From Ascidiella aspersa (taxonomy: Eukaryota): a stretch of DNA of 64,000 nt. The DNA lies in the NCBI GenBank assembly GCA_963924565.1, contig OZ004609.1:20770001-20834000 (forward strand), given 5' to 3'. Shown piece after piece: positions 25,301-36,786 of this stretch. Numbering within the stretch: the first letter of the stretch is position 1; every line of letters starts with the position of its first letter. The position numbers and the translations under genes were made by a program. The notes below the pieces were generated by a model that ran no database searches, was not told where the DNA came from, and saw nothing but the letters and a program-made list of their open reading frames with translations.

Positions 25301-27451
25301 TGACGTACCATATGCATGACTTTAGAGATTTTTAACCAACTTGTGTATTTGTCCCTTCGGTGTGAGCCCGCGAATAAAATGGCCTTTACAAGCAATGCCG
25401 AGGCTGCGCTTAAAGTGCATACTGCAGTGTCAGTCTAATGTCAGTAGATAAATGAGCAAATGTCACTCTTGCTTGGTCGGCGGGCTGCTTAGGTCCCGAC
25501 TCGCTTCGTCGAGCAAGCGACGTTGACGTATGGTGAGGATTTAGCCAGCGACACGACCACAGGAGAACCTAAGAAATCGGCTCAAACCCAGTGCGGCCCC
25601 AATGCAGCCTGCTTTTTCTTTGGTACGGCTGTTTACCAAACATGCTGCTAGGAGAGCAAGACCCAATGCTGGCTGTTGGCGGCGAAGAGCCCTTATCGGG
25701 AATTATCCTTGCGCTTAATTGACGTGCAATCGCGCGCCTCACCTTCTCGAGGCACACGACTGCGATAGAGCGGAGAAGGGCGCTGGACCCTCGCGAGAAA
25801 AAGGCTCGCGCCAATGACCATTGTGCGACTGCGACTTATAAGACGTGTCTTGTCCTTCCCAATTACCATCACACGCTGCACTCTGCAGGCGCAGATGCGT
25901 GAAAGTTATTAGTGATAGACACGGTGTAGTTTGTTTATGAAAGCTACCTTAAAATGTCGATGATGTCAAAATATATACAAATGTCTGTGAGTTTCAGAGA
26001 CAGGGCTGATATAAAAAAATCTCTAGAAACGTATTAATTATTTATATGGCTTTAGTTATTCCAAAATGAGTTATCAAAGGAAAGGGTATAGTAATTATGA
26101 GTCAATTTTCGTAATTTGTCGTCTGTAGTTAATGTGACTGACATTACAAGTAAAGCTTATGGGAAAGTATAACGAATGGTTTGTTGCCTTTGCCGGGTAT
26201 TTGGCTGTCATCATTCATGTTGTTGCTCACAGTAACACAAAGAAGTTTAGCAAGGGGCAATTCGACGTAATCAGTTTAGGTTAAACGAGATCCTTAAGAT
26301 ATAGACAACGCGGTACACGATCTTCATAGGGAATTCTTATACAGTAAAAAACTGCTTTTGGGGGGCATGAGTTATTTTACGCTTCCGCAATCACAGGGGC
26401 AGCCGATTTGCATGGGACCTTCGTTGCAGCGTCAAAGGGAAACGCAACAAAGACGCATTGTTTCATCACTCGCACGCGCATTTGGAAGCTCGAAGAACGG
26501 CGGGTGATCGCGTCCGGCCTCTACGCCAAGTTAAGAAGGAACCCCGCGCCACTGGAGAGAAGAGGCAATGTTTGTGTGGTTTACCTGCCAATTGCTCTGT
26601 TCCCTTGAAGCCGCCGCTAAGCTGATCAAAATGTTTTTTTCTCGCGCGCGCGGACGATTTCATGAGCGAAAACCGAAAGTGGGCCAATCTAGCCTGAGCT
26701 CTTTTTTGACGTTTAGTTTATAAAAGTGATCTGGTAGACCACAAACTATAAAAATGTTAGATAGCAATTAGCCAATTAGTAAGGTCAGAACAGGCTTCTT
26801 TTATAATTATAATAGCAATATTATTACATAACTGGTGACGCGTATGTGTTGTGTATGCTTTGGTTTGAAATCCACGAGTCGTGGTCGCCGCAGACCTAAT
26901 CTCGATCGGGCGCGTTCGAGCTACTTAGTAAGGTAGGACCACAACGCGATTGCGACGGATCAACGAAAGTGCGCACTTGCCAAGATGCCATTCGACGCGG
27001 GCGCTCTCTCGCGTTTTGCGAGGTTACAGACGGCAGAAAAAAGTCTCCAAGCGGCGCCGGGTCGAGAGAGGCTCGAGTCAATGTTGCTGCCCGCTCCACT
27101 TGTGCTGCTACCAACGCACTTGCTAGTGGCGGCTGCTGTCGATATTTGGCCGACGAGGAGGTTTTTAGCAAGAGTAGCACTCATGATATATACTTAGATT
27201 TGTCGAGAAGAACCACCAGCGGTACTCGATGGTTTCGCATAATTAGTCATATCACGAGGATAAAGTAGCAGTAGCTTAGTGCTCCATAGAATACCTTTTT
27301 GATTTTGTTTATAATGCTATAGATAGAGTATAGTGGTAGTTTCTCACAAGCATGACTTTGCAATTGGTCAAACTCAATATTGATCTTGTTTTGCAGCACA
27401 CCTGTAGCGTTCTAATCCTCTCTGGACAATCGTAAAACTGTAACAAACGAC

Positions 27452-30400
27452 ATGCTTTCCATTAACGCCGCCAACCTGCTGCGCATGTGCGCGCTCGTCA
27501 CCGTGGTCCTGCTGGTGCTGTTCGCGGGAGAATCGCTCGCCAAATCCGGCAAGCGAAGGCGACACCGCCGGCGAAAGGCGCGCCGAGGCGGCAAGGACGG
27601 CAGCGCCGGCGGTGCCAAGGAGCAGCAACTTAACTTTCCCGATCCTCGCTTCGTCGCCGAGCTGAAAAAAGTGCAGATGGCCAAGAAACCGGGAAGGGCC
27701 TCTGCTCGTCCTGCCGTCCCCGCAGCAGCCAAGAATCCCGATTGGACGGAGGCCACGCTCAGGATCCGAGTGCCCGCGGATGACAAAAAGGAGGGCCACC
27801 GAAACAAAAAGGAGGGCCACGGAAAGTTCGGCTACCATTCTCGTATCGGTGACCTTGCCGCGCGTGTCGTGCACGTGGTCGACCCTGGACGCTCATCCCA
27901 CTTCGGATGCGGGCACGAGATTGCCAACGCTCACCAGATTCCCAAGGACGAGCCCTGGATCGCTTTGATCAGCCGCGGCAAGTGCTACTTCTTCAACAAG
28001 ATTAAGCTGGGTGAGCGGTACAACGCCAGCGCCGTGGTGATCTACGATGACAGCGACGGCAAGGTGCAGGTCATGAATGTCGCAGGTGCGTGCCTCACCT
28101 TTGTGTTTTCTATAGTTAGCTTATCCTATGTTCGCTTATAGCCACATGTCGACAGTTCCAGTGTGTGAAGTCTCTCAAGTTTGCAACGCACAAGTATAAT
28201 TATAATTCTCGTAATAGTACGTAATCTTGCCAGAAATGCCAATGTAATCATTACCACTTGGCACGTAGCTATTACGATCGGTGATATTTTTTCATATCTT
28301 GTTGAGAAAACCAATGTGCGATTTTTTCCAAACTACGACTAAAATCAAACCAGCGCGTCATTACGTTACAATATGTAAAAGCACCTTCGTCGAAAATCGT
28401 TTTAAGTAAACGACAACCGCGTTTGAAGTAGTTGTAAAACGGCCCGCGCTGCGCCCACAACAAAGTTAAAAGCTCGACAATAAATTCGTTCAAGAAATAT
28501 GTTGTCTCCGAAGATTTAAACTATATAACATCGTAGCACCTTTGACATGCCGCGGTATTTCGCCTTCATTTTGTTAAGCTGCCAGATTAGTCATGTCGCA
28601 TGTATTTACGGCGAAATGTTACACAGACGAGCACCTGTCAGCGCCAGCAGTGTACAACCCTATACGATACGTGATTCACTGCCTTATGTTCTGGCTTTAT
28701 GGTATCGCGAGTGCTTCGTAAAAGGTTGGCGTCATTCTGTTTATCGACTATCGACGGATAAACATAAATCGGACGTATTTTCGGCTTAATATTTTTTGCT
28801 CGCTGTAAATGGGAATTTAGCTATGGCTTTTTCTAAACACGCGCATAAGGCCCGCCAAGCATAGTTCCATCGGTCATGCAACGTTACGCTTGCTGCCATT
28901 TCACAAACGCGATGGTCCGAACAAAAGTAGGCGCTCACGTTAAATGGAAGCCTTTGTTTTAAGCGCATGAGTTAGGGTACAGCCTCAATCATCTTTGACG
29001 TCGTCGTTCTTGCTCCTCAGAGTTCAAGTATAGTGCGTTGGACGAGCATTAAAATAGAGGACAATATTAATTCGCTTTTCACTTTCTATATTTGGATCTC
29101 GGGTTTCATTGTGACATTGTGTCGGACGGCGTCCGGCTTGTTGATCTAGGGCGTCGCGAGTAAGCTGTAAAAACGCAGAAGGCTTTTAATGTCAAAACAT
29201 CGCCCGATCTTGCTCTTGCCCTGCTACCGACGCCGCCGCTTGTTTGTTCGAATAGGATCGCTTTCGAATGACCTAGCACAAAGCGCTAAGAGAGTCGCCT
29301 CGCACTGGGCTGTCACCCCTCGCTATGTACACAAGCGCGAGTCGACATACTTGGGGCCTAGGGATACCCTGACCGGGGATAGGCTGTCCGTGAAAAATAT
29401 GGACACAGTTCGGCTCGACTGGACCCCTGACTGCCGCAGTGGGCAGCATTGTCACAGCTGGTCCGACGAAAGAGTCCCCGCCTAAAACCTAAAGTTCGGG
29501 GGATTTGGAAGGGTTCGCTGCAGTAGCTTTTCCCTCATTATCCTTATCGCCAACCAAGAGCGTCTGTAAATAAAACCAAGCCGAGTGATGGACGGGCCGA
29601 ACAAGCGCTAGGCCTTTTAAAACAATTAGGGCATTTGTTAAAGATTGTCTTTCATCAACCAGGCCCGGTCAGTCAATCTCTCAACGCTCGTTACATAATT
29701 TTTCGCGGGACTGTAAAAGTATCCCCTTCGCCTAGCCCTAGTGAGTCATCAGCTTTCCCGGGTCATTAGTTAATTTTCATCGCATGTTTCTTTTAAGTAT
29801 GCGAATATAATAAGGCCCAAAATTTAAACAGTGTCAGAAGCTGTACATGTGCGCCAATAAACAAATACTTTCGGCAATGGATTTTCTCCTATGCTGAACT
29901 TCCCCTATATTGAAGAAAACAAAAATAACCTACTCTAAAAGATCGCGCTTCCCGTCCGAAGTAACCCCAGCCGTGAGAGCGCTCTAGCGTTTTTAGGCAC
30001 TCGCGACTTCAAAAGGGCTTATGCACCCTGCGTTGTTGACAAGCGTTCGAATTGGCCATCGACGTGTTACCCCTGGACGCGTGTCAAATTCAAAGCACCC
30101 CCCAAAATTGGCCCTCGACCCCGGTCCCCCGGCCCCATTGTGCCTGCATCGGGACAGACGATGATTATCGCGCGCGCTTTCGCACCTGTATCGAATGTGC
30201 GGGCGAGTTGGGCAAAAGCGACGCTCCATTTGGCGTTGGGCATATTGTTTTGTTTGCCGCCTTTCGCGACAATAGCCTGTTTTGACCAACTTTGGTCGGA
30301 TACGGCGCGGAGGCCGACAGCGGGGCAGGCTCTCACGTTTTGTGTTTTCCAACTGTCGCTTTCCGCGTTGTTGTTGTTCAGCTCGCGATGGCAACGCCAC

Positions 30401-33400
30401 AGCTAAAGCGCCCGCAAGGCGTCTTCGCTTTCGAGTCCCAAGTATAAAATGGCAGCGCTTCGCTCTGTGCGAGACTGCGCTTACCTTTGAAATATCGCCT
30501 TCCGAACAATCCGTCTTATTTACGGCCTAGCGTTTTCACGACAGCACAGGGAAGCTACGATTCGCAGCCATATATGTCCGTACATATCATGTCGGAACGA
30601 CATATACGACATATTTTGTATGACGACGTTTTTAAATTCGCTGCCTCACACATGCAGTGCACGGCACTCGCCTCGTACAACTAACAATAAAAAACTGCGG
30701 CCGCTCGATTTACGGCCGGTCATAAAAGACGCTTCGATTATGATGAAACAGAGCGGACGACGCGAAACTCCTTGTTGTTCAAGAATGACCTGAAAGCGAA
30801 CGCGGTGTCACGGGTTCACGGCACGAGGAAAATTTGTCGATCTGACCCTCGTTTCGCGTAAAATTGTTACTTACACGCTTTCGCTGAATTGGTGTAATTA
30901 TTCAGTCATAACTACGGGTTCCAAAGTGTCAAAATAGGACCTTGAGGTTTCTATATTTAGCATAAAACAGTCATCGCTCCAACGCTCCAGCTGGTAAAAC
31001 ATACAAATGTCGTCGGTTGACAAACGAAGTGAATATATTGCGTTTGCAACTCAAATAAAAACAAACCTCTCGTTATTTCGCGGTTTGAACTTCGCCAATC
31101 GAAGGCGAGTCACGACATTACTAGTTAGCCTCGTCACTGTCTACATTTCTGAAATTACCGGGAAGGCAATTACGGCCGAGCGCCACAATTCGGGCGTCTT
31201 AAGGTTAGCGGTCACCTCTCCACTTAAATGATCGTTGTTCCACAGCTTGACGCTTAAGATCGCTCTTGTCAGTGGGCGTCGGCTTCGAATTCTTATCATT
31301 TGCCTTAAAATTCGATTTGGCGGAAGTCTTACAGAGCCTTGGAAACAGTCTCCTTTGTGTGAATGGTTTCAGTTTGCCTTGCGCTCGCATAGCCTATTAT
31401 CTTGGCCGATCGTATCTGAAGGTGCGCTCATATGCGTGTGCGGTGTGTATCTGGAAATCGTAGATCGTTACGCTTCACGATTTACAAGAAAAACAGCCTC
31501 CAATTGAAGTGCCGAGATCACGCACTGAAGAGCGTCTCCGTGTCTAGCTATTTCTGTTCGTGTCGTCACTCCCGACTCGCCTTGTGTTTGTTTGTTAGCC
31601 AAACTAAAGAGGTCTTTGGCATTTAATTTGCACAGTCGCCAGCTAGTATGGCGATCGGCCAGTAAATCAAAGCTTGTTTACATTTGGCACACGAGGGTTC
31701 TTAACATTTTCGATACAAGCGGTCGCTGCTTGACTTTCTCTTGCGTGTGTGTTGGCGCCGAAAACAAATAACGTTCTAGTCTGAGTGAACCAATGAATGC
31801 ATCAAAGCGCTCCTCACTTGTTGTATTAAATACATGCCATGTTCGAGGATCTGACAATGGGTATCTTATTCGCTTTCTTAACAGCGGCTTATAGACTGTT
31901 GAAGATTAAATCCCCTGATACGGGAAAGAACATAGACTGCTAGTCACCATTTTAACAAACACATGTCGTTTTAGTATAGGCTCCACTTGAAGACATATGC
32001 TCTCGATTGATTCACAAAAAGCAATTTAATTACTTGGTTTTGCGCACTAAAATTCCTTAGCGGACTTACATTCGGTTGAGTGTTGTATTCGGATTCCTAA
32101 CTTAAGTGGTGTGGCAAGGTTAGTGGTAATCTCATTTTAAACTCTTCTAAAATTTTTAGTTTGTCGGCGGTATAATCTCTTCGTGATTACATAGCGCACG
32201 AGAGTTACCATTTGTGGTCCACTCGCTCTTGCTTTGTCGCGTTGATCGGTGCGCTATATCGCATTTGATCAGACCGCGTAATTATTACCCGTCGCGAAAT
32301 TATATAGACCCGCTGGCCACGAGTGCTCTAGAGTTGTAGTGCGCACCGGGATATTTATAAGCCTGTATGATTTCGACTTCGCGCGAAACGGTTATTATCG
32401 TGAGATTTCGTCAACATCTTTTTAGATAAATATGAATAACAACTGAACGCGGACAGTCAAGGCGTGGCGAATTTTGAACCCGATGTTGACGAGGTGCTGG
32501 TGTCAAGACGCCGTATGCGATAAGTGCGAAAGCGTTTAGCGATCGGCCTCTTGCGCGTTTGCCTGCCTTATCAGATCGTTTCTTAACCTATAAAGAAATC
32601 ATCGTCGAATCGTTGCGCGACCGCAAATTGACAGCAACGTTTTTGGTCCAATTCGATGCCATCCAGTCGGAGCAATTCTGTTTTGAAGGCGTGCCCGTCA
32701 GTGATTGCCACAATCAAATTAGATTCCTTGTCGGATGTGGAGATCGTATCTTCTCGCCTGCAATAGACCCATAACACGACTTTTGCATTACTCTTGAGGA
32801 ATTTTACTGGGATCGCGCATCCCCGACCGAATCCGGTAAGCATCCAATCTTATCGACAAGTGTCGATCGCGGTCATATAAACAAAACAAACCGAAATAAG
32901 CGCTTGCCGCCAGAGGGACCGGGTGTTCGAAATACATAGTTTCGACGGAACGCTCGGCCTCAGGCGGTTGCTTGTGTATATTTGGGCTCGTTATCCCGTG
33001 TAGTCATCGGCAGCCTTTGCTTTCAGTTAAATCAACATGACATAATTATAATCGCTACAGGCACGTTTATTCCGGGCTTTAACCATTACGGAGAAAAATC
33101 GCTAAATAATTTTTTGGTGTTGGTTGGTCGCTCCCTAGCGTTTAAAATTTGTGTGTTGAGAGCAAACCGGATAGCTTAGCGAGACAGGGCACCAGACAAA
33201 TGAACGAGTTTTTAATTCCCCAAATCGACCAGCCGAAAAAGTACGCCGGAGCGAACAGTCCGCTGCATATATGGGCGCCTCACCTCCCATTTTCGCCTTC
33301 TGATCATTTCAGTTCTGCATAAGCGGGCAAGGTAGCGCGTCTGCGCTATCCGCGGAATGGTAATGCGACACCCCGAGCGCCTAACCCCAACCGTTAAAGA

Positions 33401-34264
33401 GGCTCGCGGCGCTGGCGTGGGGTGAACTTGTTTTGAGCGATTCTTTTTCAGCCACCCCGCTTATACCTCGCAGCGCACCCTCCCACACAGCCAGGAAGTG
33501 ACGGTTGATTGGATGTCATTACGCCGCAACACTTATCCCCCAAACCCGCGCCTTACTTTCTCGCGGTTTCTGCCCGAAAAATGACACTCTTTCTCAGTTC
33601 GTTGTCCGATACCGACCTGTCAGCATTTTTGGGTACGAGAGCGATGATTGAACGTACTTCTTTTTTGTTCTTGAAAATCCGTATCGCGTTCACAAGAGTA
33701 TTTACAGCGCAAGTTCTCCTTAGGTTTTATGAGCTTCTTCTGGTTTGACTTTCTGAAACTGAACCTGGTACAATTTTGCCTTAGGTTTTCGTGACGTGGC
33801 GTTAACTTGAGAGACTTCCGCGACTATGATACCCCTGATGACGTAATGTTTTTGTCGAAAAGTAGTAAACGCTTTAAAATTGGACATGTAAAATTCAATG
33901 GGCTCCCAATTAATAAAATATTTTCCTTGCAGGTACTGATATGGTCTCACTCATGGTTACCAAAAAGTTTGGAAACAAATTGGCAAAACTGGTCGACAGC
34001 AAGCCAGAAGTTTACCTCCACCTTAAAGTTGGAAAGCAACACACCCAGTCAAGCAAAAGCACACAACTAGTAGCCAGCACACAACCTGTAATGAGTCGGG
34101 GAAGTGTTAACGCTACATCCAACCTTCCAAGCGTACTTCAGACTGTGCTAAACAAAAACATGCCCCTGGTAACCACGACTAGTTGGGGAAACGCCAACGT
34201 TCCAAGCTGGTTTTTAACTCTAGCGTTACTGCTACTTGCAATTAACGTTACACTACAGCGGTGA
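27452..34264 (+). CDS. Goliath/RNF130-RNF150-type PA-domain protein lacking TM-RING, predicted GPI-anchored; 2 coding exons, 321 aa
   Basis: Exon 27452-28085 (donor CAG|GTGCGT, phase 1) plus exon 33933-34264 (acceptor TTTTCCTTGCAG). Signal peptide, polybasic stretch, PA signature GC...PWIALISRGKCYFFNKIKLGERYNASAVVIYD...VMNVAG|TDMVSLMVTKKFGNKLAKLV...VYLHLKVG, then a Ser/Thr-rich stalk and terminal SWGNANVPSWFLTLALLLLAINVTLQR*. AATAAA at about 35014 and 35082. Confidence 0.85.
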
Positions 34265-35368
34265 TGTGGACTGTAAGGTCGTGGTTGAACATTGCGCAAC
34301 ACAAGCGCACACCAGAGCAGCCCGTGCGAATTGGGAACGTTGGAGGTGGAGGTCTCCAAAATAATAATAAGACGATTGTTGTGGTATATTAACTTTAACG
34401 TACATCTTACACAAAGTCCAGTTTCTTGCTGTTTAGTCTGTAGCCTACATGGGCAAATCTGTAATTATTGCGAAATTATTGATTGCAGTTTTTAGGCACT
34501 GGGTTGACGTTATGTCCGCAAGTCTATATGTGTCATACCTCAAATATCTCCCAAACGTGCACACATTTTTTCTTATTTTTCTTTTACTCGCACTGATTTC
34601 ACATTGCTTTCATTGATTTGGGCACAAAAACACATCGCTGCATTATTTTCGCATAACTTTGTAATTTTTTTCTACAAGCGTGTGTCAAACTCAAATAGGA
34701 CAATCACCCATGCGATTTGCGATCCGTGTACATTTGTACATATGCCTTTGATTTGATTGATGAGCGCACGCAATTTTATGTTTTCACTTACACCCTCGTA
34801 TAAGGCACACCACCTTTATGTTTTTGCAACATGGTGAATTGTTTTCAATGAAAACCTGTGCTCACTGCTCATACTTCGAAAAGGTGTCAAAGTTCCTCCG
34901 CAGAGTGCTTGAATTATGCTGGTCGTTTTTCGTGCTTCGCTTTACTTTTAATTTGTTTGTTTGCGTTTTTGCTTCCATCTTTTTACTGTCTTTATATAAA
35001 CGCGTTTAATTTTAATAAAGTACAAATGTAATTGAACGATTCTTTTTTTAACTTCTTTAAAGCTGTCTAACATTTGGTAAAAATAAAAGACTGGCACATT
35101 TTATAGTAAAAGTGAATAATATATGAATATATGTCACTCGACAGCGACCGTTTACAAAAAAAAATGTTTAAACCCTTTGAAACAATGACAAAGAAACTCC
35201 ACTTCAAACGTTGTGATAGTTAGAACAATCGGTCGAGCAGTGTGCGCTAACAACATGATTGTTGAAACAGAAAAAATCAAAACCTGCAGTTAGAACGGAA
35301 GACATGTTAGACGCCGGCATTTTCTATTTTGTCAGATTTTCCTACTTGTTTGAATATGAATAAATTAG

Positions 35369-35571
35369 GGCGCTGGTCTAGAATCCTACCACAGTTCTAA
35401 AATCAACGCACAAAATTTGAGTTAGGTTGCGGGTTAGCATTTGGGTGTGGGTGGGTCAAGTATTATTATATTCTTTATTTAATAATAATACTTGACCCAC
35501 CTTTACCCAAACGCTAACCCGCACCCTAACCCAAAAGGTGTTTCGTTGTGGTAGGATTCTAGACCAGCGCC
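35369..35571. mobile_element. 203-bp foldback DNA element with 8-bp TSD (GG termini; superfamily unclear)
   Basis: Perfect 25-bp TIR GGCGCTGGTCTAGAATCCTACCACA; inner arms also inverted; perfect TSD TAAATTAG at 35361-35368 and 35572-35579. Confidence 0.9.
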
Positions 35572-36786
35572 TAAATTAGTTCTAGATATAGGGTCAAAAT
35601 ACTTTTTGTCTTTTCATGGTCAGCTGAAAGCGACAGGCATGAAACTAAACACTTTGATTTAACCTCTGACCACCTGGATAATGAAGTTTGTGCACTTAAA
35701 AAATGGCTGTAAAGTCACCCAAGTTTTCGTAACGGCGCTAATACTTTAGAAGGGGTTAAAGCAGATTAGAAAACATGTAACACTTTAATCCATGTTTTAT
35801 CCACTAGTTGCTTTACTTCCGTTATGCGGACAATACACTTAAAAAAAAGCGTAATGAAAAATGCTTTGGTTCAGTATTGAGAATAGGACGAGCCTTAAAA
35901 TACAGTTGTGTCAATTCGACAATATTTTGGTATTGATGCCACTTGAACAAAAGTTAAAAGGCTAAACAGCTTAAAAACAACAATTGCTCGTGTTGCCCTT
36001 GAGACGACAAAGTGAGCGTTTAAAAGCTACTTGTCGAAGGCCACGTTTCTCCCGAAGGATATGATTTTGTTTTCCTAACCTCAGGGAAGCTCCCAGTCGT
36101 TGCTCCGATAATAGCAGACAGTATTCCGGAATCGTCCAGTCTTTAAAAAATGTTACTGTCATTATATCCGCCTTTTCTGGTAATCTTGATTTATTGGTTC
36201 GCGACAGGCAGCCTTTAAAACTGCGTTCTCATCTTGCTTATTGGGTTTGCTTCGAAAAGCGCTGACCCGGACTACACAAGGGTAGAGAAAATATTGACCT
36301 AACGCGTCTTTTTCGGAATGTCACGAATACCCAGTAATCTGCAAATGGCGTAGGAAGAAAAACAACAACAAAAGGCGGTTAATGGGGAGCTCAATAGGCT
36401 TTAAAGTTTGGCCTTGGGGCAATGCTGACTGGGTATCTGGCGTGGCGTAAGGCAAACGTCCCAAAGTTGTCAAAACACAACCTCGAGCACGCCCTGTTGT
36501 TCTCTTGTCACGTCTCGCAGACGTCGATGTTATCCATTTAGTCGGGAGAATCATCGGTATATTTCGTTGTTGTCGTTTTCTAAAACTGACTGATTTGTTA
36601 CTGCAGCCAGGCACGCACGAATTTTGCTAGTTGGGAGAAAAACTTTTCCGTTCGGACGGATTCTGCTGCTGATTATGACATTTAGCGATTTGATTTGTGT
36701 TTAAAGTCTCATGTTATAAAAATCCCAAAAGGCATGCGTTTCCCCCATTATGTGTTATATGATATTTTTCTTTGTAGACCCTGAAA

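Noticed and set aside
27374-27874. 166-aa and 131-aa antisense ORFs
   Set aside because: Shadows of the GC-rich PA exon.
29993-30530. Overlapping ORFs in the PA-gene intron, one hydrophobic
   Set aside because: Expected in GC-rich non-coding DNA; no Goliath TM or RING motif and no convincing splice sites.
33834-33880. CTGATGA...GAAA hammerhead-like core
   Set aside because: Stems I and II cannot form.
34818-35009. Hydrophobic ORF as the missing TM exon of the PA gene
   Set aside because: No similarity to the Goliath TM, lies in T-rich 3'UTR, and no RING exon follows.
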